Positions 27,571-35,358 of a stretch of DNA of 64,000 bases are shown piece after piece. The translations under genes and the position numbers were made by a program. Source of the DNA: Candidatus Eiseniibacteriota bacterium. GTDB taxonomy: Bacteria; Eisenbacteria; RBG-16-71-46. The stretch lies in the NCBI GenBank assembly GCA_035691845.1, contig DASSIN010000061.1:2950-66949 (forward strand), written 5' to 3'. Each line of letters opens with the position of its first letter. The stretch's first letter is position 1. The notes beneath the pieces are model-generated. The model worked only from the letters and a program-made list of their open reading frames with translations. It was not told the DNA's origin and searched no databases.

Positions 27571-27854
27571 TGTTCGAGCTGCGGGTGGAGGACGGGGGCC
27601 GGGTGGCCCTGCAGGGCCGGCTGGACGCCTCCCAGGCGGACGAGGCCGGCGAGCGGCTGGCGGCGCTGTCGGGCGCGGTCGTCCTCGACTGCGCCGCCCT
27701 CGATTACATTTCCAGCGCGGGCATCGGCGTGGTGGTGGAAACCTTCAAGCGCCTGCGGAATACGGGCGGCAGCCTCAAGATGGTCAACGTTCCCCCGCGC
27801 ATCCGCACGGTGTTCACCTATGCCGGGCTCGATCGCGTGCTTCCGATGGAGTGA
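27570..27854 (+). CDS. STAS-domain anti-sigma-factor antagonist (RsbV/SpoIIAA-like)
   Basis: LDCAALDYISSAGIGVVV contains the conserved phosphorylatable Ser in DxISSAG. 94 aa. Start adjoins the upstream stop. Confidence 0.65.
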   Translation: MFELRVEDGGRVALQGRLDASQADEAGERLAALSGAVVLDCAALDYISSAGIGVVVETFKRLRNTGGSLKMVNVPPRIRTVFTYAGLDRVLPME

Positions 27855-27909
27855 CGCCGCCCCCCGCGGCGGATTTTTTCATCAACCTTTTCCCCCCGGG
27901 CCGGTCCTT

Positions 27910-28455
27910 ATGGAAGCAGCCGAGGACGCCGAGCTGGTCCGACGCACGAGACATGGCGACGTTCGGGCGTTCGAGGCGCTGGTCGCGCGGTACGAGCGGC
28001 CGGTGTTCCACCTGGCGATTCGAATGCTGGGCAACCGGGAGGACGCGCGGGACGTGACGCAGGTGGCCTTCGTCAAGGCCTATCAGCGCCTCGATCAGTT
28101 CGACGGTCGCAGCCGGTTCTTCAGTTGGCTGTACCGGATCGCGATCAACGAGTCGCTGAACGCGCGGGCCCGGCGGCAGCCGGCGGAATCCTTGGACGAA
28201 TCGCTTGAGTGGACGGGCCGCTCCCCCGACGAAGAGGCGGGCCGGAGCGAGCTGGAGGAGCTGGTGCAGGAGCTGATGGCGCGGCTCGAACCGGCGCAGC
28301 GGGCGCTGCTCGTGATGCGGCACCAGCTGCAACTGTCGTACGCGGAGATCGGGGAGACGCTGGGCGTCCCCGAGAAGACGGTGAAGTCCCGATTGTTCAC
28401 GGCGCGGCGCGCGCTGGAAGTGCTGCTGCGCCGGCGCGGAGTGACGCAGGCATGA
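27910..28455 (+). CDS. ECF (group 4) RNA polymerase sigma-70 factor
   Basis: Region 2 (FEALVARYERPVFHLAIRMLGNREDARDVTQVAFVKAY) and region 4 HTH (LSYAEIGETLGVPEKTVKSRLFTARRAL) are both present. Confidence 0.8.
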   Translation: MEAAEDAELVRRTRHGDVRAFEALVARYERPVFHLAIRMLGNREDARDVTQVAFVKAYQRLDQFDGRSRFFSWLYRIAINESLNARARRQPAESLDESLEWTGRSPDEEAGRSELEELVQELMARLEPAQRALLVMRHQLQLSYAEIGETLGVPEKTVKSRLFTARRALEVLLRRRGVTQA

Positions 28456-29228
28456 GCGACGACAGGCTCGAACGTGTGATGGACCAGGTGCTGGACGGCA
28501 CGGCGACGCCGGCGGACGCGGCGAAGCTGGACGCGGCACTGGCGGGCGACCCTCGGGCCCGCGCCCGGTACGACGAGATGCGCAGCATGTTCCGGGCGTT
28601 GACGGCCGCTGCCGAGGTGCCGCCCGCCGATCTGCACGAGGGCATCATGGAAGGCGTGAGGGAAAGCGTGGGCCGCGCGCGCGCGACGGTGAGGCCGCAT
28701 CCGTCCGCTGCGCGCGCGGTCCCGCATCCTGCGCTGCTCAAGTTCGCGTTCGCGTTCGCGTGCGGAAGCCTGGCGAGCGCGGTGCTGGTGCTGTCGCTCG
28801 TCGCGGGTGGGCCGCGCGCGAAGGGCGACCGGCTGCAGGCCGAAGGCACGATGGCGCCGCCCTCGCCGGCGTGGAGCGCACCGATCGCGCTCGAGGCCCC
28901 GGGCGCGAGCGCGGAGGCGCGCGTGGCCGCCGACGCGCGCGGCGTGCGCGTGGACCTCGACTGCCGCGGCGGCGCCAGGATGGTGAGGCTCGAGGCGGCG
29001 GGCGGAGCGCTCGCGCCGGCGGGCGTCACGTGGAAAGCCGGCCCGGCAGGGCGCATCACCCCGGCGCCTGACGGGGTCGAGATCGAGCTGGCCGGGCCGG
29101 CGCACTATCAGGTGATTTTCGACCGGATCGGTGCCACGCCGGCCGATCTGACGCTGCAGCTCCAATCCAGTGACGGCATGCGTTCGGTATCTCTGCTCAC
29201 GAGGGACCGCTCTGGCGAGCACCGCTAG
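28452..29228 (+). CDS. Membrane anti-sigma factor (N-terminal anti-sigma domain, single TM, periplasmic C-terminal domain)
   Basis: ATGA overlap with the sigma-factor stop. N-terminal helical ASD-like region; TM segment LLKFAFAFACGSLASAVLVLSLVAGG. Confidence 0.55.
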   Translation: MSDDRLERVMDQVLDGTATPADAAKLDAALAGDPRARARYDEMRSMFRALTAAAEVPPADLHEGIMEGVRESVGRARATVRPHPSAARAVPHPALLKFAFAFACGSLASAVLVLSLVAGGPRAKGDRLQAEGTMAPPSPAWSAPIALEAPGASAEARVAADARGVRVDLDCRGGARMVRLEAAGGALAPAGVTWKAGPAGRITPAPDGVEIELAGPAHYQVIFDRIGATPADLTLQLQSSDGMRSVSLLTRDRSGEHR

Positions 29229-29285
29229 AGCCACAGGCGGCCCGGCGGTCTGACCCCGGTGCACGCAATACGGAGGGGAACGGAC

Positions 29286-30485
29286 ATGACTCGCAGGCAG
29301 CTGACGATCGTGGCAGGGATCCTGGTGCTCGCCACCGGGATCGGGTTCGTGGCCATGCGCGCGAACGGCCCGGTGCGTGACACGAGCGGCGCGATCGGCG
29401 CCGCCCAGCGCTACCACTCGGACCAGATCGCCGAGGGCGACGTGCAGCTCTCCGACGCCCAGGTGCAGGCGTTCCTGCAGAGCGACACGTTCCACAAGAT
29501 CGCGACCAATCCGGAATTCCGGAAGGCCGTGACGAGCGGCGAGTTCGCCAAGGCCGTGCAGGTGAACGGCACCGGGCTGATCTTCCAGGACACGCGCCTG
29601 ATCGCGCTGCTCAAGAGCGACACGTTCCAGAAGTTCGAGTCCGACGCCGGCCTGAGCCAGCTCGCCGCCAGCGACGCGTTCGCCCAGTTCGCGGCCGATG
29701 CCCAGCGCGATCCCTCGCTCGTGGACGCGATGAAGACGATCGTGGCCGACGACCACGCCCGGGCGATCGTGACCGAGACCGGGCTCGTGACGTTGCTGAA
29801 GAGCGACGTGGCGCGCCAGACGCTGCAGAGCGACAACTTCGCCAGGGTGATCGACTCGGGCGCGCTGCAGCGGCTGTCGCACGGCGACGTGTTCGAGAAG
29901 TTCATGGCCGACGTGGCCAGGCTCGGCACCACCGATACCGGGCTCCAGAACCTGATCGAGGCCAACCACCAGTACACCGAGCTGTCCAAGTCGACCGACT
30001 ACGCGGTGCTGGTGAAGGACGGACTCAACAAGCTGATCGACGGCGGGTTCGCCAAGCTCTACACGGCGGGCGACGTGGGCAGCCGCATCACCGACTACCA
30101 GGCGATCTGCAAGGACGCCCCGGCGCTGGCGGCGATCGCCAGCGACGCGTTCAGCCACTACCTGGCCGACGTGGCCAAGACGACCACCGACGCCTCGATG
30201 CAGATCGACGCGGCGAAGCAGCTCGTGGCCAACGACGCGTTCGAGAAGTTCGTGACCGACGCGGGCTTGAAGACGCTCGTCACCGACGCCGGCTTCGTCA
30301 CCGCGCTCCAGAACGACGCCGTGCAGCACGCGCTGACCGACGCCAACGTGCGCACCGTGATCACGGGCGACGACTTCCAGAAGCTCGTCACCAACCCCGA
30401 CTTCCTGAACCTGGCCTCCAAGCCCGAGTTCCTGGCCTCGGTGCGCGACGGCTCGCTGCAGAAGGCGGTGGAGTCGGCCGAGTAG
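29286..30485 (+). CDS. Membrane-anchored tandem-repeat protein (about 16 degenerate ~10-20-aa repeats of pattern L..SD.F.KF..DAGL)
   Basis: GGAGGGG Shine-Dalgarno 7 nt before the ATG. N-terminal TM LTIVAGILVLATGIGFVAM. Repeats such as SDTFHKIATNPEFRKAV, SDTFQKFESDAGL, SDAFAQFAADAQR, NDAFEKFVTDAGLKTLVTDAGFVTALQ. Confidence 0.5.
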   Translation: MTRRQLTIVAGILVLATGIGFVAMRANGPVRDTSGAIGAAQRYHSDQIAEGDVQLSDAQVQAFLQSDTFHKIATNPEFRKAVTSGEFAKAVQVNGTGLIFQDTRLIALLKSDTFQKFESDAGLSQLAASDAFAQFAADAQRDPSLVDAMKTIVADDHARAIVTETGLVTLLKSDVARQTLQSDNFARVIDSGALQRLSHGDVFEKFMADVARLGTTDTGLQNLIEANHQYTELSKSTDYAVLVKDGLNKLIDGGFAKLYTAGDVGSRITDYQAICKDAPALAAIASDAFSHYLADVAKTTTDASMQIDAAKQLVANDAFEKFVTDAGLKTLVTDAGFVTALQNDAVQHALTDANVRTVITGDDFQKLVTNPDFLNLASKPEFLASVRDGSLQKAVESAE

Positions 30486-30593
30486 CTTCGGTTATCGTCA
30501 CGGCACGCACGGGGATCCCGCGCCGGCGGGATCCCCGAAGCGTTTGTGCCGGAACCGCGTTCACGCCCACTCCCACTCCCGACGAGCCTCCCG

Positions 30594-33563
30594 ATGCGCA
30601 GCGCGATCCATGTCGTGTTGCTGGCGTGCGGCGCGCTGCTGCCCGCGGCCGCCCTGGCGGCCGGCGGCTTCCAGGAGATCGACGCCCCGGGTGTCAGGCT
30701 CATCTACCCCGCGCCGCTGCTCTCCTACCTCGCCCCCTACACCGCGCGCTGCTTCGAGAACGCCTACCGGTTCCACACGCGCTACTGGGGCTACGCGCCG
30801 TGGGACCGCGTCAACCTGATCCTGGACGACGCCGGCGACTACGGGAACGCCGGCGTCACGGCGAGCCCGCGCAACACCATGGTGGTGCACATCGCGCCGT
30901 CCAACTTCGTGTACGAGACGGGCCCCAGCAACGAGCGCATCAACTTCACCATGAACCACGAGATGACGCACGTGGTGGCGCTCGATCAGGCGAGCGGCTC
31001 CGACCGGCTGTTCCGGCGGCTGTTCCTGGGCAAGGTGCGCGAGACCGACGAGCACCCGGAGTCGATCCTGTACGGCTACCTGACCGTGCCGCGCCGCGCC
31101 GCGCCGCGCTGGTACCACGAGGGGATCGCGGTGTTCTGCGAGACGTGGATGGCGGGCGGCATCGGCCGCGCGCAGGGGCCGTACGACGAGATGGTGTTCC
31201 GCGCGATGGTGCGCGACTCGGCGCAGTTCTGGGATCCGCTCGGGCTCGAGTCCGAGGGCACGCGCGTGGACTTCCAGGTGGGCGTCAACTCCTACCTGTA
31301 CGGCACGCGCTTCATGGACTACCTGGCGTACCGCTACGGCCCCGACACGCTGCGCGCGTGGATCTCGCGCCAGCCCGGGAGCCGCAAGTACTTCTCGGCC
31401 CAGTTCCGCCACGTGTTCGGACGCTCGCTCGAGGACGTGTGGCACGACTGGGCCGCGTTCGAGCGCGACTTCCAGCATGCGAACCTCGATTCCATTCGCC
31501 GCTACCCGGTGACGCCGGCGCGCGACCTGTCGCGCGAGGCGCTGGGCTCGGTGTCGCGGGCGTACGTGGACTCCGCGCGGCGCGTGGTGTACGTGGCCGT
31601 GCAGGGACGCGGCTCGCTCGCGCACGTGGCGGCGATTCCATTGGACGGCGGGCCCTCCCGCACGCTGGCCGAGGTGAAGGGGCCGGCGCTCTACTTCGTG
31701 TGCGCGCTGGCGTGGGATCCCGATCGGCGCATGCTCTACTACACCGCCGACAACAACGACTGGCGCGACCTGATGAGCCTCGATCCCGCCACCGGCCGCA
31801 CGCGCCGGCTGATCCGGCAGGCGCGGATCGGCGACCTCGCGTTCGATCGCGCGGACAGGAGCCTGTGGGGCGTGCGCCACTTCAACGGTTACTCGACCGT
31901 GGTGCGGCTCGCGCCGCCCTACCGCGACTGGCACCAGGTGTGGACGCTCCCCTACGGGCGCGACCTGTACGACCTCGACATCTCGCCCGACGGGCGCTGG
32001 CTGTCGGCCTCGATGGCGGAGATCAGCGGGCGGCAGAGCCTGCGGCTCTACGATCTGGCGCGGCTCGCGGCCGGCGACACCAGCGCGCGCGAGCTGCACG
32101 ACTTCGGCGCCTCGATCCCGACCGGGTTCGTGTTCACGCCCGACGGCCGCGCGCTGTACGGCACCTCCTACTACACCGGCGTTTCCAACGTGTGGCGCTA
32201 CGACCTGGCGTCGGACTCGCTCGACATCGTGAGCAACGCCGAGACCGGGCTGTTCCGCCCGGTGCCGCTGGGCGGCGATTCCCTGCTGGCGTTCCGCTAC
32301 ACCGGCCAGGGGTTCGTGCCGGCGACGATCGCGGCGCGCCCGCTGCAGGACGTGAGCGCGGTCAGCTTCCTCGGCGCCGAGCTGGTGGAGCGCAGGCCCG
32401 AGCTCAAGAGCTGGAAGGTGCCATCGCCCGCGCACGTCGCGCTCGACTCCACCGCCACGCCGCACCCCTATCGCCCGCTCGCCAGCGTGCGGCCGGTCAA
32501 CGTGTATCCGGTGTTCGAGCGCTACAAGGCCTCGGACGGCGGCGGGCTGCGCGCCAGCTTCGCCGATCCGCTCGGGTTCCATCAGCTGGACGTGAGCGCC
32601 ACGTGGACGGGCGCCCAGGAGCTGCCGTCGGACCAGCGCTGGCACCTGGCGGCCGAGTACCGCCACGCCGGCTGGACCGCGAAGCTGCGCCGCGATCCGG
32701 CCTCGTTCTACGACCTGTTCGGGCCCGTGAAGACCAGCCGGCGCGGCAACAACGCCAGCCTGGCGTGGACCCGCACGCTGATCCGCGACACGCCGCGCAC
32801 GCTGGAGCTGGCCGCGTCCGCCAGCGGCTGGACCGGGCTCGAGCGGCTGCCCGACGCACAGAACGTGGCCACGCTGGCGGGGTTCGACAAGCTGGTGGCG
32901 AGCGAGGCCAGCCTGACGTGGAAGAACCTGCGCTCCTCGATCGGCGCCGCCGACTACGAGAAGGGCCAGATCGCGCGCGTCACGCTGTCGGCCAACACCG
33001 TGCGCCGCGTGCCCACGATCGGCGATGCGCGCTGGCGCACGTTCCCGATCGCCGAGGCGGCGCTCGACCTGGGCCAGCCGCTGCCCGTGCGCAACAGCTC
33101 GCTGTGGCTGCGCACCGCCATCGGCGGCGGCAACGGCGATCCGGCCGAGCCGTTCGCCACCACGTTCTTCGGCGGGTTCGGCAACAACGTGGTGGACCAC
33201 GCCGAGCCCAAACGCTTCCGCGACGTCACGAGCCTGCCCGGGTTCGAGATCGACCAGGTGGCGGGCCGCACCTACGGCCGCGCGCAGCTCGAGCTGAACC
33301 TGCCGCCGCTGCGCTTCGAGCGCGCCGGCGTGGTGCCGTTCTACGCCACCTGGGCGCGGCTGGCGCTGTTCACGACCGCGCTCGCCACCGATCCCGACCG
33401 CCCGGCCGAGCGCGCCCGCTACGGCGACGTGGGCGCGCAGGTGGACGTGCGCTTCCAGCTCCTGACCCAGCAGCCGCTGACGCTGTCGTTCGGGTTCGCG
33501 CGCGCCACGCAGCGCCACGGCCCGGGGCGCGACCAGGGCATGATCTCGCTCAAGATCCTGTGA
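30594..33563 (+). CDS. Secreted ~990-aa protein with a gluzincin-like HExxH...E motif and TolB-like beta-propeller repeats
   Basis: Signal peptide MRSAIHVVLLACGALLPAAALAAG. NHEMTHVV followed about 50 aa later by HEGIAVFCE. Repeats DISPDGRWLS and FTPDGRALYGTSY indicate propeller blades. The C-terminus is rich in beta-strand-like alternating residues. Confidence 0.5.
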   Translation: MRSAIHVVLLACGALLPAAALAAGGFQEIDAPGVRLIYPAPLLSYLAPYTARCFENAYRFHTRYWGYAPWDRVNLILDDAGDYGNAGVTASPRNTMVVHIAPSNFVYETGPSNERINFTMNHEMTHVVALDQASGSDRLFRRLFLGKVRETDEHPESILYGYLTVPRRAAPRWYHEGIAVFCETWMAGGIGRAQGPYDEMVFRAMVRDSAQFWDPLGLESEGTRVDFQVGVNSYLYGTRFMDYLAYRYGPDTLRAWISRQPGSRKYFSAQFRHVFGRSLEDVWHDWAAFERDFQHANLDSIRRYPVTPARDLSREALGSVSRAYVDSARRVVYVAVQGRGSLAHVAAIPLDGGPSRTLAEVKGPALYFVCALAWDPDRRMLYYTADNNDWRDLMSLDPATGRTRRLIRQARIGDLAFDRADRSLWGVRHFNGYSTVVRLAPPYRDWHQVWTLPYGRDLYDLDISPDGRWLSASMAEISGRQSLRLYDLARLAAGDTSARELHDFGASIPTGFVFTPDGRALYGTSYYTGVSNVWRYDLASDSLDIVSNAETGLFRPVPLGGDSLLAFRYTGQGFVPATIAARPLQDVSAVSFLGAELVERRPELKSWKVPSPAHVALDSTATPHPYRPLASVRPVNVYPVFERYKASDGGGLRASFADPLGFHQLDVSATWTGAQELPSDQRWHLAAEYRHAGWTAKLRRDPASFYDLFGPVKTSRRGNNASLAWTRTLIRDTPRTLELAASASGWTGLERLPDAQNVATLAGFDKLVASEASLTWKNLRSSIGAADYEKGQIARVTLSANTVRRVPTIGDARWRTFPIAEAALDLGQPLPVRNSSLWLRTAIGGGNGDPAEPFATTFFGGFGNNVVDHAEPKRFRDVTSLPGFEIDQVAGRTYGRAQLELNLPPLRFERAGVVPFYATWARLALFTTALATDPDRPAERARYGDVGAQVDVRFQLLTQQPLTLSFGFARATQRHGPGRDQGMISLKIL

Positions 33564-34612
33564 CCGCGCTCGTCCCGATCGTCGTCGGCCTGGGGCCGGT
33601 GATCGTGTTCCTCGCCGCGCTGGTGGCGATGGACAGCTATCGCCTGGTGCGGCGCCGCGACGTGGCCATGAGCCTGGCGTGGGGCGCGCTCGCCGCGCTG
33701 CTGGCGTGGTTCGCCAACGGCGCGCTGCTCGCGCGCGGGATGCCGCGGGCGGAGGTGACCGGCACGTTCGCGCCGCTGTTCGAGGAGGCGCTCAAGGCCG
33801 CGTGGGTGGTGGTGCTGCTCGCCACCGACCGCGTCGGGTTCCTGGTGGACGCCGGCATCCACGGATTCGCGATCGGCACCGGGTTCGCACTGGTCGAGAA
33901 CGCGAGCTACGCGCACGCGATCGGCTCGGGCCCGGTGCTGCTGTGGGTGGCGCGCGGGCTCGGCACCGCGGTGATGCACGGCGCCACCACCGCCGTGGTG
34001 GCGATCGCCGCCAAGGCGCTGGCCGAGCGCCACCACCGCCCCGCGTGGCTCGCGACGCTGGCCGGCTGGGCGCCGGCCGTGGTGGTGCACGCGCTGTTCA
34101 ACCGCTACACCGGCTCGCCGCTGGTCTCGACCACGGTGCTGCTCGTCACCATGCCGCTGCTGCTGCTGGGCGTGTTCGAGTGGAGCGAGCGCGCCACGCG
34201 CCGCTGGGTGGGCGCCGGGCTCGATCAGGACGCCGACGCGCTGGAGCAGATGCTGGGCGACACCGCCCACGACACGCCCGCCGGCCGCTACCTGGCCGAG
34301 ATCTCGCACCGGTTCCCGCCCGCCGCGGTGGCGGACATGTTCTGCCTGCTGCGCATCCACCTCGAGCTGTCGGTGCGCGCCAAGGCGCTGCTGATGGCGC
34401 GCGCCGCCGGCGTCGAGATCCCGCTCGACGACGACGAGCTGCGCGCCCAGTTCACCGAGCTCAAGTTCCTCGAACGCTCGATCGGCCGCGCCGGCCTGCT
34501 GGCCCTGGCCCCCCTGCGTCGCAAGAGCAGCCGCGACCTGTGGCAGCTATTGGTCCTGCAACGCGGCTCGCTGTCCGCCAGCTTGCCGCCCGCGCTGCGG
34601 CGGGATCAATAG
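33560..34612 (+). CDS. PrsW/CPBP-family intramembrane metalloprotease
   Basis: Polytopic. Motifs: FEEALKA (EExxK/R), GTGFALVENASYA (FxxxE), HGATTA and HALFNR (HxxxN). A GTG start overlaps the upstream stop. Confidence 0.55.
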   Translation: MTALVPIVVGLGPVIVFLAALVAMDSYRLVRRRDVAMSLAWGALAALLAWFANGALLARGMPRAEVTGTFAPLFEEALKAAWVVVLLATDRVGFLVDAGIHGFAIGTGFALVENASYAHAIGSGPVLLWVARGLGTAVMHGATTAVVAIAAKALAERHHRPAWLATLAGWAPAVVVHALFNRYTGSPLVSTTVLLVTMPLLLLGVFEWSERATRRWVGAGLDQDADALEQMLGDTAHDTPAGRYLAEISHRFPPAAVADMFCLLRIHLELSVRAKALLMARAAGVEIPLDDDELRAQFTELKFLERSIGRAGLLALAPLRRKSSRDLWQLLVLQRGSLSASLPPALRRDQ

Positions 34613-34657
34613 CACAGCGCGTAGGGAAGCCCCGGGGGATTCACGTCCCGGGCTCCC

Positions 34658-35344
34658 TCACCGCCGATAGAGCGCCTTGATCTGGCCCCAAGACTTCGGC
34701 AGTGAGGGAACGGTGTTCGTCTGCCAAGTCACGACATTCTGCCTGTTCGAGAACCTGATCGTCGTGACGCTGCCATCCGACAAGAGGAACACCATCTGTC
34801 GAAGCGTGATCGTCGCGTAATCACTGCATCCCCCGCATGCTCCAATCCCAAATGCGTTCGTATTCATGATCCGGAGCCGCGCACCAAGATATTCGACTCC
34901 GGAAGTCGGCTGAAGACCCCCGGAGAAATATCCCACGACACTGAGCTCCGCCTGATTGGGGAATCCAAGGGTCGAGTGGAAGAACTGCTGCGTGCTATCA
35001 GGTGTGACGCCCAAGTTCGCACATCCAGGTCCATCCGAGGGCAGGTATCCAGGGGCAACCGCTCCCGCCCTGCACAGGCCGCTGCCGACCATCCACCAGT
35101 CGGGCAGCAGGGAGTCGTTCGGAGTTTGAATGATAAGGTCGACGTTGTAGGCCACGATCGGTGCTTGAAAGGAGAACCCGGCGAAAGACGCCACAAGGTC
35201 TTCGCTCCCGACGTTCGTCGAACAGGCGAACGTCTTGCTCGTGACTCCGCCAACTCCGCAATCGTCCCACGCCAGATCGATGGCCTGCGCGCAGGCGGGC
35301 CCCGCCAGTAGCATGGTGACTGCAACTAGAAACCATCGGCCCAT
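34658..35344 (-). CDS. Secreted Cys-containing hypothetical protein
   Basis: Signal peptide MGRWFLVAVTMLLAGPACAQA. 228 aa with several Cys pairs. Lower local GC. Confidence 0.4.
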   Translation of the reverse strand: MGRWFLVAVTMLLAGPACAQAIDLAWDDCGVGGVTSKTFACSTNVGSEDLVASFAGFSFQAPIVAYNVDLIIQTPNDSLLPDWWMVGSGLCRAGAVAPGYLPSDGPGCANLGVTPDSTQQFFHSTLGFPNQAELSVVGYFSGGLQPTSGVEYLGARLRIMNTNAFGIGACGGCSDYATITLRQMVFLLSDGSVTTIRFSNRQNVVTWQTNTVPSLPKSWGQIKALYRR

Positions 35345-35358
35345 CCCGCTCCTCCTGC

